From a virus (Duplodnaviria; Caudoviricetes): a DNA stretch of 36,002 nt. The notes beneath the pieces are model-generated. The model made no database searches, had not been told where the DNA came from, and worked only from the letters and a program-made list of their open reading frames with translations. Position 1 is the first letter of the stretch. Each line of letters opens with the position of its first letter. Shown piece by piece: positions 8,333-17,072 of this stretch. The DNA lies in IMG/VR virus record IMGVR_UViG_3300037419_000564, positions 1 through 36,002 of that record; one strand, written 5' to 3'. The position numbers and the translations under genes were made by a program.

Positions 8333-8575
8333 ATGCAGGACGGGAACGAAAAGCGGAAGATGATCCTCGAAGCCGCGATTCGAACAATCGCGACCGCCTG
8401 TCGCCACCTCTACCAGGAAGAGATCAATACAGCGAAGGCGCGCGGTGACGTGATGGCCGTCGTGCAGACCAAGGCGCGGATGCAAAAGGATTGGGAGGCA
8501 TGGACAGCGCCGCTGACCGAAGCTCTCAATGCCTGCGACAAGCCGCCCCTCGTTATCGCCGCCGATGAAGCCTGA
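8333..8575 (+). CDS. Hypothetical protein
   Basis: 80 aa ORF filling the gap before terL. Confidence 0.65.
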   Translation: MQDGNEKRKMILEAAIRTIATACRHLYQEEINTAKARGDVMAVVQTKARMQKDWEAWTAPLTEALNACDKPPLVIAADEA

Positions 8576-10079
8576 CCCCAACATCGAGCTCGCCCGCGAC
8601 ATCGGCAGCTTCGCCTACGATCCACTGAAGCACGCTCGTTATGCGTTCCCGTGGGGCGAAGGACCACTATCCGATCCGCCGAACGACCATATCCGCGTCT
8701 GGCAGCAAGGCGTGATGGAAACGATCAGGGACCATCTCGCCAACCCTCAAACACGGTTCGAGCCGTGCCGCATTGCGATTGCTTCCGGCCACGGGATCGG
8801 GAAATCGGCCGTCATCGGCATGGTCAGCAAATGGGCGCTGGACACATGGGTAGACAGCCGGGTCGTCATAACCTCGAACACCGAGCAGCAGGTCATCACC
8901 AAGACCTCGCCCGAAGTCGCGAAGTGGCACAAGCTCGCCATCACCCGCGACTGGTTCAAGCCCGCGACAATGAAGATCAGCGCCAGAGAGCAGGGCCACG
9001 AGGACAGTTGGCGGCTGGATTTCGTCACATGGTCCGCGAACAACACAGAGGCTTTTGCCGGCCTTCACAACGTCGGCCGGCTGATCCTGATCGTCTATGA
9101 CGAAGCCTCCAATATCGACGACAAGGTGTGGGAGGTCACCGAAGGCGCCCTGACCGACGAGAACACCGTCATCATCTGGCTCGCGTTCGGCAATCCTACC
9201 AGGAACACGGGCCGCTTCAGAGAATGTTTCGGCAGGCACCGGAGCCTCTGGTATACGCTGCAGCTCGACAGCCGGGACGTGGAGGGCACGAACAAGGCGT
9301 ATCTCAACGAGATCATCGAGACCTATGGCGAGGACAGCGACATCGCCCGAGTCCGCGTCAAGGGGCAGTTCCCGTCTGCGTCGTCGATGCAGTTCATTTC
9401 CTCAACCAGCGCTGAAATGGCGCGGCAGAGGATCGTCGAGCCGCTTCCCACAGATCCACTGATCTATGGTCTCGACTGCGCCCGCTACGGCGACGACAGC
9501 AGCGTCCTTGCGAAGCGTGTGGGCAGAGATGCGCGATCGAAGCCGTGGAAGCGCTGGAACCAGGTCGACGCGATGACGCTCGCGGGAGATGTCGCAAGGA
9601 TGGCCGCGGAAGAGAGGCCGGATGCCATATTCGTCGATGCAGGCAATATCGGCGCTGCGGTGATCGACCGCTTGAGGCAGCTCGAGGTTCCGAACGTCAT
9701 CGAAGTCTGGTTCGGCGGCGCGGGCAAGGATGTCGAATTGCCCGGCAATCTGAGGTTCCGCGTCAAGAACAAGCGAACCGAGATGTGGGTCAGGATGCGG
9801 AACTGGCTTGAAGGCGGGGCAATCCCCGACGACCAGCTGCTCCACGACGATCTGACCGGCATCGAATATGGCTATGGGCCGGACGAAACGACGTTGACCC
9901 TCGAAAAGAAGGAGCACGCGAAGCAGCGCGGGCTTGCCTCGCCCGACAATGCCGATGCTCTGGCCTGCACCTTTGCCGAGGTAGTCATGCCGAAACAGCT
10001 TCCGGGCTATCTCGAGCGGGCAGCACGGAGCAGGGGCCAGTTCGACGAGCCCGACATTTACCAGGACCTCTACCGCTAG
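8565..10079 (+). CDS. terL: Terminase large subunit
   Basis: ASGHGIGKS Walker A, IVYDEAS Walker B, GNPTRNTG, GLDCARYGDD and SPDNADAL nuclease motifs; likely start MKPDP at 8565. Confidence 0.95.
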   Translation: MKPDPNIELARDIGSFAYDPLKHARYAFPWGEGPLSDPPNDHIRVWQQGVMETIRDHLANPQTRFEPCRIAIASGHGIGKSAVIGMVSKWALDTWVDSRVVITSNTEQQVITKTSPEVAKWHKLAITRDWFKPATMKISAREQGHEDSWRLDFVTWSANNTEAFAGLHNVGRLILIVYDEASNIDDKVWEVTEGALTDENTVIIWLAFGNPTRNTGRFRECFGRHRSLWYTLQLDSRDVEGTNKAYLNEIIETYGEDSDIARVRVKGQFPSASSMQFISSTSAEMARQRIVEPLPTDPLIYGLDCARYGDDSSVLAKRVGRDARSKPWKRWNQVDAMTLAGDVARMAAEERPDAIFVDAGNIGAAVIDRLRQLEVPNVIEVWFGGAGKDVELPGNLRFRVKNKRTEMWVRMRNWLEGGAIPDDQLLHDDLTGIEYGYGPDETTLTLEKKEHAKQRGLASPDNADALACTFAEVVMPKQLPGYLERAARSRGQFDEPDIYQDLYR

Positions 10080-10081
10080 CC

Positions 10082-10114
10082 GCGATTCAACCTGACCGCC
10101 GCCGCCTGCACAAG
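10082..10114 (+). promoter_or_regulatory. GCGATTCAA-type putative late promoter
   Basis: GCGATTCAA-N18-CACAAG-N6-ATG(10121). Confidence 0.65.
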
Positions 10115-10120
10115 CGGTCC

Positions 10121-10267
10121 ATGCTCATCTCGCTTCTCATCGTCATCCTGGTCGTGGTCCTGCTGCTCTACCTGGTGCAGCTGCTTCCGCTGGATGGCCG
10201 GGTCACGCTCGTCCTGCAGGTCGCCATCATCGTGATCGCGATCATCTACCTGCTTGGCTTCCGGTAG
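10121..10267 (+). CDS. Small two-helix membrane protein (48 aa)
   Basis: Manual translation MLISLLIVILVVVLLLYLVQLLPLDGRVTLVLQVAIIVIAIIYLLGFR. Confidence 0.75.
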   Translation: MLISLLIVILVVVLLLYLVQLLPLDGRVTLVLQVAIIVIAIIYLLGFR

Positions 10268-10395
10268 TGGACAAGCCGCGCCGCCCGAAAATCTATCTCG
10301 GGCAGTTCGGCGAGACATTGACCGAGCGCAAGGAACGCGAGGAGCGGGAAAGGCCCATCCTCGAACAAATGCTCAAGGAAGCGCTGGAGGGCTGA
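10267..10395 (+). CDS. Small charged hypothetical protein (42 aa)
   Basis: GTG overlapping the previous TAG; MDKPRRPKIYLGQFGETLTERKEREERERPILEQMLKEALEG. Confidence 0.55.
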   Translation: MDKPRRPKIYLGQFGETLTERKEREERERPILEQMLKEALEG

Positions 10396-10397
10396 CC

Positions 10398-10430
10398 GCG
10401 ATTCAACCGCTTTCACAGCGGGAATAGCGA
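10398..10430 (+). promoter_or_regulatory. GCGATTCAA-type putative late promoter
   Basis: GCGATTCAA-N18-TAGCGA-N6-ATG(10437). Confidence 0.7.
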
Positions 10431-10436
10431 CAAGCC

Positions 10437-10610
10437 ATGTGCCTTCCCATTTCACCTTTCGGCGCGCTCATGTCTGGCGGCCGGACGGCCCAGACAGTCG
10501 GAGGCGGAATGCTCGGCGGCGTGACCGGCGCGCTCCTCGCCAACACGCTGGCGAAGAAGAAAAAGCCAGCCACGGCCACGACCACGCCAGCAGTATCGTT
10601 CGGAGGCTAG
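10437..10610 (+). CDS. Small Met-Cys...FGG glycine-rich protein (57 aa)
   Basis: Manual translation MCLPISPFGALMSGGRTAQTVGGGMLGGVTGALLANTLAKKKKPATATTTPAVSFGG; absent from the ORF track. Confidence 0.7.
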   Translation: MCLPISPFGALMSGGRTAQTVGGGMLGGVTGALLANTLAKKKKPATATTTPAVSFGG

Positions 10611-10614
10611 GAAT

Positions 10615-10812
10615 ATGGTTCTCATCAAAATCATGCTCGCGGTCAGCGCGCTCTATTGCGCCGGCATGTACGCTTGGGTCTACGTGTATGGCATTCGAAA
10701 GGGGCGTTCGCTGACTGCGGCGCAGATGGCGTCCATCGAGGCGAACACTTTCCATCTCGGCATCTGCTTCATTCTCGCCATCGGCTTTCTCGGCCTTTTG
10801 CTGGGGCATTAA
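10615..10812 (+). CDS. Small two-helix membrane protein
   Basis: 65 aa, two hydrophobic segments, SD GGAGG upstream. Confidence 0.65.
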   Translation: MVLIKIMLAVSALYCAGMYAWVYVYGIRKGRSLTAAQMASIEANTFHLGICFILAIGFLGLLLGH

Positions 10813-10815
10813 CCG

Positions 10816-11019
10816 ATGTGCTTCTTCTCGGCCCCGAAGGTTCCCGCCCCGCCACAGCCAGCACAAAGGCAGGCGATCCGTCTCCCCGATAACGGCGCGG
10901 CGGACGTGAATCGGGCGGATGACATTGCCCGCAGACGCAGGGCGATGGCGGCGACAGCTTTCACCGGCGCGCTTAATCTCGGCGCTCCGTCGACGACCTC
11001 GACTGTCCTCGGCGGATGA
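10816..11019 (+). CDS. Pre-portal small virion protein (T7 gp6.7-like by N-terminus and position)
   Basis: MCFFSAPKVPAPP...RRRR...STVLGG immediately upstream of the portal with ATGA overlap. Confidence 0.8.
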   Translation: MCFFSAPKVPAPPQPAQRQAIRLPDNGAADVNRADDIARRRRAMAATAFTGALNLGAPSTTSTVLGG

Positions 11020-12686
11020 GCCTTACCTTACGCGAACGCGCCAGCAAGCGGCTCAACGGCCTCAAGGCCGCGCGACTGCCGTTCGAGGCGGAGTGGAAGG
11101 AGATCGCGCAGCACGCGCAGCCCTCGCGCTCGAAGTTCCTCTACGGCGATAATGACCGGCAGTTCCGCAGGTCGAACCGGGCGATCTACAATAGTCACGG
11201 GATTCTCGCGTTCAGGAAACTGGCGGCGGGGATGACGAGTGGGCTTTCGTCACCGTCGAGGCCGTGGTTCCGGCTGACCAGCTACAACGAGGACGATCTT
11301 CAATCAGAGGAAGTGCGGGAATGGCTTTCCGACGTGGAAGTCAGAATGTATGCCTTCCTTGCCGAGACCAATTTCTACGCCGCAGCGAAGTCTGGATATG
11401 CCGAGCTCGGCATGTTCGGGACCGAAGCGTGCGTGATGGTCGAGCATCCGAGCGAGGGCGCTGTCTGCCATCCGCTGACCGTGGGCGAATATTACATTGC
11501 CCTCGGAGACAATGCGAAGCCCGACACGCTCTACCGCAAGGCGTGGATGACGGTTCACCAGGCAGTCCAGTCTTTCGGGCTGGATAAGGTCTCCACGCGG
11601 GTCAAGGACCAATACAACCGTTCGGATTACGAAGAGATCGTTCGCATCTGGCACGCGATCGAGCCCAACGACGAGCGCGACATCGACCTGATGACAGCCA
11701 AGGGCAAGCCGTGGCGTTCGTTCTATTGGGACGAGAACGACGGCGATCCGGTCAACGGCTATTTGAGGGTCGAGGGCTTCAACGAGCAGCCGTTCTGGGC
11801 GCCGCGGTGGGATGCGATAGGAGGCGACACTTACGGTTCCTCGCCAGGGATGGAGGCGCTGCCTGACCTTCGCGAGCTCCAGCTAAGCACGAAGCGCGCG
11901 AACCTCATCCTGGCTAAGATGGAGAACCCGGAAAAGATCGTGCCCTCCACGCTTGGGCGGCTGACCGGCCAACCGGGCAACGTCGTCTCCGTCGCTTCCG
12001 TCGACAAAGACCAAGTCATTGTTCCCTATGTGCCCGACCCCATGGCGTTGGCGAAGGCGGAAGAAAAGGTCGCGCGTCTCGAGCAGAAGGTCGACGCAAT
12101 CTCTTATGCCGACTTGTTCATGGCGATCACGAACATGGAGGGCATCCAGCCCCGGAACGTGGAGGAGATCGCGAGCCGCAACGAAGAGAAGATGACGCAG
12201 CTCGGCCCGGTGATCGAACGGGTGAACGGCGAAAAGCTGCAGGTCGCAATCGACCGGACCTTCGGGATCATGACCCGTCTCGGGATCATTCCGCCGGCGC
12301 CCGAGCAGCTTCAGGGGAAGAGCCTGAAGATCGACTTCGTTTCGATCCTCACGCAGATGCAGCGGATGGTCGGTCTCGGCCAGACCGAGCGTGTTACCTC
12401 GTTTATCGGCAACCTTGCCGCCGCCTTCCCCGAAGCGGCCGACAAGCTCAATGTCGACGAAGCGATCGACGATTACGCCGACAGGGCTGGTTCGCCGCCG
12501 AAGATTATCCGCTCGGATGACGAGGTTGAGCAGCTTCGTGAGGCTCGGCAGCAGCAGAAGAACGCAGCCGCTGCGGCGGCGGCAATGCCAGCGGTAAAGG
12601 ACGGCGCGGACGCAGCCCGGCTGTTGTCTGAAGCAGCTCAGAACGGCGGCGGGGTTCAGAACCTTGTGGGCGGGCCGGGGCTTTGA
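11016..12686 (+). CDS. Portal (head-tail connector) protein, T7/BPP-1 type
   Basis: LAAGMTSGLSSPSRPWFRL, PRW...YGSSPGMEALPD, EEKMTQLGPVIER; 556 aa. Confidence 0.93.
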   Translation: MSLTLRERASKRLNGLKAARLPFEAEWKEIAQHAQPSRSKFLYGDNDRQFRRSNRAIYNSHGILAFRKLAAGMTSGLSSPSRPWFRLTSYNEDDLQSEEVREWLSDVEVRMYAFLAETNFYAAAKSGYAELGMFGTEACVMVEHPSEGAVCHPLTVGEYYIALGDNAKPDTLYRKAWMTVHQAVQSFGLDKVSTRVKDQYNRSDYEEIVRIWHAIEPNDERDIDLMTAKGKPWRSFYWDENDGDPVNGYLRVEGFNEQPFWAPRWDAIGGDTYGSSPGMEALPDLRELQLSTKRANLILAKMENPEKIVPSTLGRLTGQPGNVVSVASVDKDQVIVPYVPDPMALAKAEEKVARLEQKVDAISYADLFMAITNMEGIQPRNVEEIASRNEEKMTQLGPVIERVNGEKLQVAIDRTFGIMTRLGIIPPAPEQLQGKSLKIDFVSILTQMQRMVGLGQTERVTSFIGNLAAAFPEAADKLNVDEAIDDYADRAGSPPKIIRSDDEVEQLREARQQQKNAAAAAAAMPAVKDGADAARLLSEAAQNGGGVQNLVGGPGL

Positions 12687-13105
12687 CCACGATTGCGACC
12701 GACGGCAAGACGATGGCGGCGGACGGGTTGAGCCGGGATCAAGGCGGCTTGGTTTGCTCGGAAAGCGTGAAGAAGGTTCGCCGCCTGCGCGACGGGCGTT
12801 TGTTCGGCCTAGCCGGATGCCCTTACGATTTGGATTTAATTGAAAAGTGGTTGAACGAGGGCGGCGACTTTCCGGCGCTGCACGCCGACGCGATCGACCT
12901 GATCGTGCTTGAGAAAGACGGGCGCGCTTATTCCTATGGGAAGAGCGGCGGCCGCTCGGAGCAGATGTTGCCAGCAGCGGGCGGTAGCGGAGTCGATATA
13001 GCGATCGGTGCGATGGAAGCGGGCGCATCGCCAGAGGAGGCTGTCCGCATATCCTGCAAGCGGCACGCAGGCTCTGGCGGCGAGATCACGGTGCTGAAGC
13101 TGTGA
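12683..13105 (+). CDS. Proteasome/HslV-like N-terminal-Thr (Ntn) peptidase
   Basis: MTTIA...MAADG...KKV...FGLAG...GSG..AIGAM...EAV...SGG pattern; TTGA overlap. Confidence 0.75.
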   Translation: MTTIATDGKTMAADGLSRDQGGLVCSESVKKVRRLRDGRLFGLAGCPYDLDLIEKWLNEGGDFPALHADAIDLIVLEKDGRAYSYGKSGGRSEQMLPAAGGSGVDIAIGAMEAGASPEEAVRISCKRHAGSGGEITVLKL

Positions 13106-13461
13106 ACCTCACCGACCAGGAGAAGGCCGACTTCTTTGATCTGATGGAGAAGCATCCCGGCTTTCGCCGATTGATGTTGCGCGTGATTCAAATGGCCGGG
13201 ATATTCAATGCCACGGCCAACGGGTCCGATCAGCGCACCTTCTACGAGAATGGGCGCAGGAGCCTGGGGTTAGAGATTCTTCGCCTCTTGGAAGCGGCAC
13301 AGCCCGTCCAAGGAAGCAGCGGCAATCCTACGCTGACGATGATTCAACTGCTTCGCGAAGAAGCGCAATCCCCACCCTCTGAAAGGACCGCAAGTGGCAG
13401 ACGACCCGACCCCTACCGAGACCTCAGCGACGGATCAGACACCGAACCCGGCGCCGAGTGA
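13102..13461 (+). CDS. Bbp19-like head-module protein
   Basis: LM..PGFRRLMLRVI..AGIF...FYENGRRSLGLEIL between portal and scaffold. Confidence 0.75.
   Translation: MNLTDQEKADFFDLMEKHPGFRRLMLRVIQMAGIFNATANGSDQRTFYENGRRSLGLEILRLLEAAQPVQGSSGNPTLTMIQLLREEAQSPPSERTASGRRPDPYRDLSDGSDTEPGAE
13339..13371 (+). promoter_or_regulatory. Variant GATTCAA-type promoter upstream of the scaffold/capsid genes
   Basis: ATGATTCAA-N18-CAATCC; predicted start about 13378, just before SD GAAAGGA and GTG 13394. Confidence 0.45.
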
Positions 13462-14101
13462 CGCGCCCGCCGACAAGCCGCAGGATGCTCCGGCTGATAA
13501 GCCGTCTGACGCACCCGACGCTGCCCCAAGCGATGATCCCGAACCGACCGCGCTGGGCGGCAAGCCCGACGACGCGGACGCGCCGAAGGACGACGAGGCT
13601 GCCAAGGCCGATGTCCCCGAAGCCTATGAGCTGACCGTCCCCGAAGGCTTCGAGAAGCTGGACGATCAGGCCGTCGCCGACGCGACCCCGGTGTTCAAGG
13701 AATTGGGCCTTTCGAACGAACAGGCGAACAAGCTGGTCCCGGTTGCCGCGACCTTCGCCAAGCGCATCATCGAACAGCGCGATCAGCAGATCATCGGCAC
13801 CATCGCCGAGCAGCGCAAGAGTTGGCTCGAGGAAGCCAAGGCCGACAAGGACATCGGCGGTGCCAACTGGGACGGAACGCTTCAGACCGCCGCCAAGGCA
13901 CTCGACACGCTCGGCTTCCCCAAGGGTTCGCCGCTCCGCAACCTCCTTGACGAAAGCGGCCTCGGCAACCATCCCGAGATGATCCGCGCCTTTGCCAAGG
14001 TCGGCAAGGCGATCGGCGAGGACGATAATTTCCCGCGCGGCGACACCGGCGGGAAGGGCAAGAAATCAGACGCAGAGCTTTTTTACGGCCCGAAGGGCTG
14101 A
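13394..14101 (+). CDS. Capsid scaffolding/assembly protein
   Basis: Acidic Pro/Ala-rich N-terminus, VPEAYEL, FKELGLSNEQA, GLGNHPEMIRAFAKVGKAIGED, ELFYG; directly before the capsid gene. Confidence 0.85.
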   Translation: MADDPTPTETSATDQTPNPAPSDAPADKPQDAPADKPSDAPDAAPSDDPEPTALGGKPDDADAPKDDEAAKADVPEAYELTVPEGFEKLDDQAVADATPVFKELGLSNEQANKLVPVAATFAKRIIEQRDQQIIGTIAEQRKSWLEEAKADKDIGGANWDGTLQTAAKALDTLGFPKGSPLRNLLDESGLGNHPEMIRAFAKVGKAIGEDDNFPRGDTGGKGKKSDAELFYGPKG

Positions 14102-14119
14102 GGGAAGGGAGTTTAGACA

Positions 14120-15145
14120 ATGGCAGTTCTCGGCAACAGTGTCGCCACTCTGGTCGATGTCGCCAAGCGGCTCGACCCCGACGGCAAGATCGCGCGGATC
14201 GCGGAACTCCTGAACCAGGAGAACGAAGTCCTTGACGACATCACCTGGGTCGAGGGCAATCTTCCCACCGGCGACCGCACGACCGTTCGTGCCGGGCTTC
14301 CGGGCGTCAGCTTCCGCGCACTGAACGAAGGCGTTCCGCGTTCCAAGTCGGATGTGAGCCAGTTCGACGAGGGCGCGGCCATGCTGGAAGGCTTCAGCGA
14401 AGTCGACCGCAAGGAAGCGATCCTGTCGGGCGATGTGGCCGCGTTCCGCTTGTCCGAGGCTGCGGCTTTCATGGAGGCGATGAACCAGGCGTTCACGACC
14501 AACCTGTTCTACGGCAACGCCGCCGCTTCGCCCAAGTCATTCACCGGCTTTGCCCCGCGCTTCAACGCGATCTCCGGCAACACCACGACCGGCAACCAGA
14601 TCATCGACGCCGGCGGGACGGGAACGGACAATTACTCGATCTGGCTGATCGTGTGGGATCCGATGAAGGTCCGTGGCATCTACCCGAAGAACACCAAGGC
14701 TGGTCTCTTCCACGAGGACGCCAGCGACGTGACCAACGGCGATGACGGCTATCCCCGCGGCACTGTCCTCTACGACGCATCGGGCAATCCCTACATGGGC
14801 TACCGCGACCATTTCGAATGGAACTGCGGCCTCAGCATCAAGGACTATCGCTACGTCGTCCGCATCGCCAACATCGACCGTTCGGACCTGTCGAACACGA
14901 TGGCGACCGGCGCGAACCTGCAGGACCTGCTGGTTCAGGCGGAGGAGCGCGTTCAGAACCTCAACGGCAAGGCCGCCTTCTACGCGCCGCGCTCGATCAC
15001 GACCATGCTGCGCCGCCAGCTTCTCAACGGGAAGAACGCCTTCCTGGGTTGGGACGAGGTGGGCGGCCGCAAGGTCGCGACTTTCAACAATATCCCGATC
15101 CGCCGCGTCGACGCGCTCAACGTCAACGAAGCCCGCGTGGTCTGA
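14120..15145 (+). CDS. Major capsid protein (BPP-1/epsilon15 type)
   Basis: TLVDVAKRLDPDGKIARIAELLNQENEVLDD...EGN...IDAGGTG...RYVVRIANID...IPIRRVDAL...EARVV. Confidence 0.95.
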   Translation: MAVLGNSVATLVDVAKRLDPDGKIARIAELLNQENEVLDDITWVEGNLPTGDRTTVRAGLPGVSFRALNEGVPRSKSDVSQFDEGAAMLEGFSEVDRKEAILSGDVAAFRLSEAAAFMEAMNQAFTTNLFYGNAAASPKSFTGFAPRFNAISGNTTTGNQIIDAGGTGTDNYSIWLIVWDPMKVRGIYPKNTKAGLFHEDASDVTNGDDGYPRGTVLYDASGNPYMGYRDHFEWNCGLSIKDYRYVVRIANIDRSDLSNTMATGANLQDLLVQAEERVQNLNGKAAFYAPRSITTMLRRQLLNGKNAFLGWDEVGGRKVATFNNIPIRRVDALNVNEARVV

Positions 15146-15170
15146 GCTTTAGTGGAAAGGAACCGCTGAC

Positions 15171-15590
15171 ATGATTACCGACGCACAGACCAAGTTCTCG
15201 GACGCCCAGGCCGTTACGACCGGCACGCAGGTTTCGACCAATGCTTACGACATGGGCGTTGCGCGAGACATCGGGCGCGGTCGCCAGCTTCGCATTTTCG
15301 CCAACGTAGGCACGGCGTTTACGGGCGGCACCAGCCTGCAGGCCAACGTGATCGAAAGCGCGAACAGCGACCTCTCATCGCCGGCGGTGCTTGCGACCGG
15401 AGCGGTCGTTGCGGAAGCCTCGCTGACTTCGGGCGCGCGTCTGCTCGACGTTACTGTCCCGCAGACGAGCAAGCGCTATCTCGGCCTCCAGTTCGTCACG
15501 GTCGGCACGCACACCGCTGGCACCGTCAATGGCGGCATCGTCATCGACACCGACAGCAACACCACGTTCCCGGCTGTCACCGGCCTTTAA
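15171..15590 (+). CDS. Capsid cement/decoration protein (Bbp16-like)
   Basis: MITDAQTKFSDAQAVT...STNAYDMG...KRYLGL...TAGTV, directly after the capsid gene. Confidence 0.85.
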   Translation: MITDAQTKFSDAQAVTTGTQVSTNAYDMGVARDIGRGRQLRIFANVGTAFTGGTSLQANVIESANSDLSSPAVLATGAVVAEASLTSGARLLDVTVPQTSKRYLGLQFVTVGTHTAGTVNGGIVIDTDSNTTFPAVTGL

Positions 15591-15603
15591 GGAGTGTTGA
15601 CCA

Positions 15604-16011
15604 ATGGCTGACAAGATCACTCGTGCTACCGTGGTCGGCGACCGGCCCGTTTTCATCAACGGCATTCTTCACCTTCCGGGCGAGGATGCGCCGGTCGACC
15701 TTGACGCGCTCGGCGTCGACAAGATCGGCGACAAGACCCCGGGCCTCAAGGCGAAGTCGGCCAAGACCGATGAGCCGGTGGTCGACACGCCGATCGCCGC
15801 GGTTGCCCCTCATGCGCCCGACGCTCCCAATCCGCAGGGCATGGCGACGGGAACGCGCCAGTCCGGCACCGGACGGCTGATTACGCCGGCTGTCGGCGAC
15901 GAAGATGCGGTGCATCCCGTCGGCGCCGAAGCCCCGGTGACGCAGGACGAGCGCAAGGAAGCTGCTGCCGAGACCAGGCAGACCGGCAAGACGCAAAAGC
16001 CCAGCAAGTAA
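15604..16011 (+). CDS. Hypothetical virion-module protein
   Basis: SD TAAGGAG; FINGILHLPGE motif followed by a low-complexity tail. Confidence 0.75.
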   Translation: MADKITRATVVGDRPVFINGILHLPGEDAPVDLDALGVDKIGDKTPGLKAKSAKTDEPVVDTPIAAVAPHAPDAPNPQGMATGTRQSGTGRLITPAVGDEDAVHPVGAEAPVTQDERKEAAAETRQTGKTQKPSK

Positions 16012-16032
16012 GGTCTCCCCTCTTGGCGGGCG

Positions 16033-16076
16033 GAAAGCCTCGGCGGTCGCCTCCTGTGCCGTCGAGGCTTTCTTTT
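16033..16076 (+). terminator. Intrinsic terminator after the head genes
   Basis: Stem GAAAGCCTCGGCGG / CCGTCGAGGCTTTC (one G-U pair) followed by TTTT. Confidence 0.75.
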
Positions 16077-16087
16077 GAGGAGATGAG

Positions 16088-17032
16088 ATGGCAGCCCTGA
16101 AAACTCCGCCCCCGCAGCCGCAGCAAAGGGCACAGGTGCAGCCGCCGTCGCCTTCGACCGCGGTCAGCGGCACGGTTTCCACGGCGCCGGCAGTCCCCGG
16201 TCAAGCGACGGCGGCAAACAGCGCCCCGGTCGTTCTCGCGTCGGATCAGCCGGCGGTCCCCGTTACCGGCACATTCTGGCAAGCAACGCAGCCGATCTCG
16301 GGCAATGTCGGGGTAACAGGGTCAGTCGCTGTCACCGGCTCATTCTGGCAGGCGACACAACCGGTCTCGGGGACTGTAACGGCCAATGCCGGAACGGGCA
16401 CTTTTGCCGTCTCGGGACCCCTGACCGACACGCAGCTCAGAGCCTCGCCGGTTCCGGTGAGCGGGACCGTCACGACGCAGGCAGCCGAAGCCGCGGCCAC
16501 ATTCCGCGGCCGAGCGTCTACCTTTCGAACGCCGGGTCGGGCTGGAACGACAGGGCAGAAGATTTTCGCACTGCATAATGCCACCGGGTCGGCGAAGGTC
16601 GTTCACCTGAACCAGATCGCGATCGACTGCGTGCAGCTTGCCGTTATCGCGGTGACGGTCGTTCCCCCCATTATCCGGGCCTATCGGTTCACAGCGGTTC
16701 CGACCAACGGGACGGCGCTGACGAAGGTGGCGAAGGACTCGACCCAGAGCAGCAACGCCTCCGTGACAGCATGGAGCGATGCGAGTGCCGACGGCACCAA
16801 TTCGACCACCGCATTGACGGTCACGCTCGGCTCACCGCTGACCGCAGAGTTCGCTCCCAGGCTGATTACGGCGGCGGGCTACGAGATGTTCGACCGAACC
16901 GAATTGCTGACGGGGTTCGACCTTGTGCTCCGCCCGCTGGAGGGCGTCTGTGTGATGCTCGACTATAGCACCACTACGGCAAACCCGACGACGACGCATT
17001 GGGTTGTGACGGCCGATTGGTATGAGCTCTAG
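16088..17032 (+). CDS. Thr/Val/Pro-rich putative accessory virion (fibre-like) protein
   Basis: SD GAGGAG; repeat VTG[TS]FWQATQP[IV]SG twice (69 nt period, 16262 and 16331); beta-rich C-terminal domain. Confidence 0.7.
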   Translation: MAALKTPPPQPQQRAQVQPPSPSTAVSGTVSTAPAVPGQATAANSAPVVLASDQPAVPVTGTFWQATQPISGNVGVTGSVAVTGSFWQATQPVSGTVTANAGTGTFAVSGPLTDTQLRASPVPVSGTVTTQAAEAAATFRGRASTFRTPGRAGTTGQKIFALHNATGSAKVVHLNQIAIDCVQLAVIAVTVVPPIIRAYRFTAVPTNGTALTKVAKDSTQSSNASVTAWSDASADGTNSTTALTVTLGSPLTAEFAPRLITAAGYEMFDRTELLTGFDLVLRPLEGVCVMLDYSTTTANPTTTHWVVTADWYEL

Positions 17033-17033
17033 C

Positions 17034-17066
17034 GCGATTCAAGGGTTCTCCGATGCGCCTTAGCCA
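17034..17066 (+). promoter_or_regulatory. GCGATTCAA-type putative late promoter
   Basis: GCGATTCAA-N18-TAGCCA-N6-ATG(17073). Confidence 0.7.
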
Positions 17067-17072
17067 TGCGTC

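Noticed and set aside
8375-8383. GCGATTCGA near-match to the late motif
   Set aside because: Mismatch in the core and no correctly spaced downstream element.
11883-13028. 381-aa minus-strand ORF
   Set aside because: Shadow of the portal and peptidase genes.
13183-13208. GTGATTCAA and ATATTCAA resembling the late motif
   Set aside because: No TA or CA element at the 18-nt spacing; the 13339 copy fits better.
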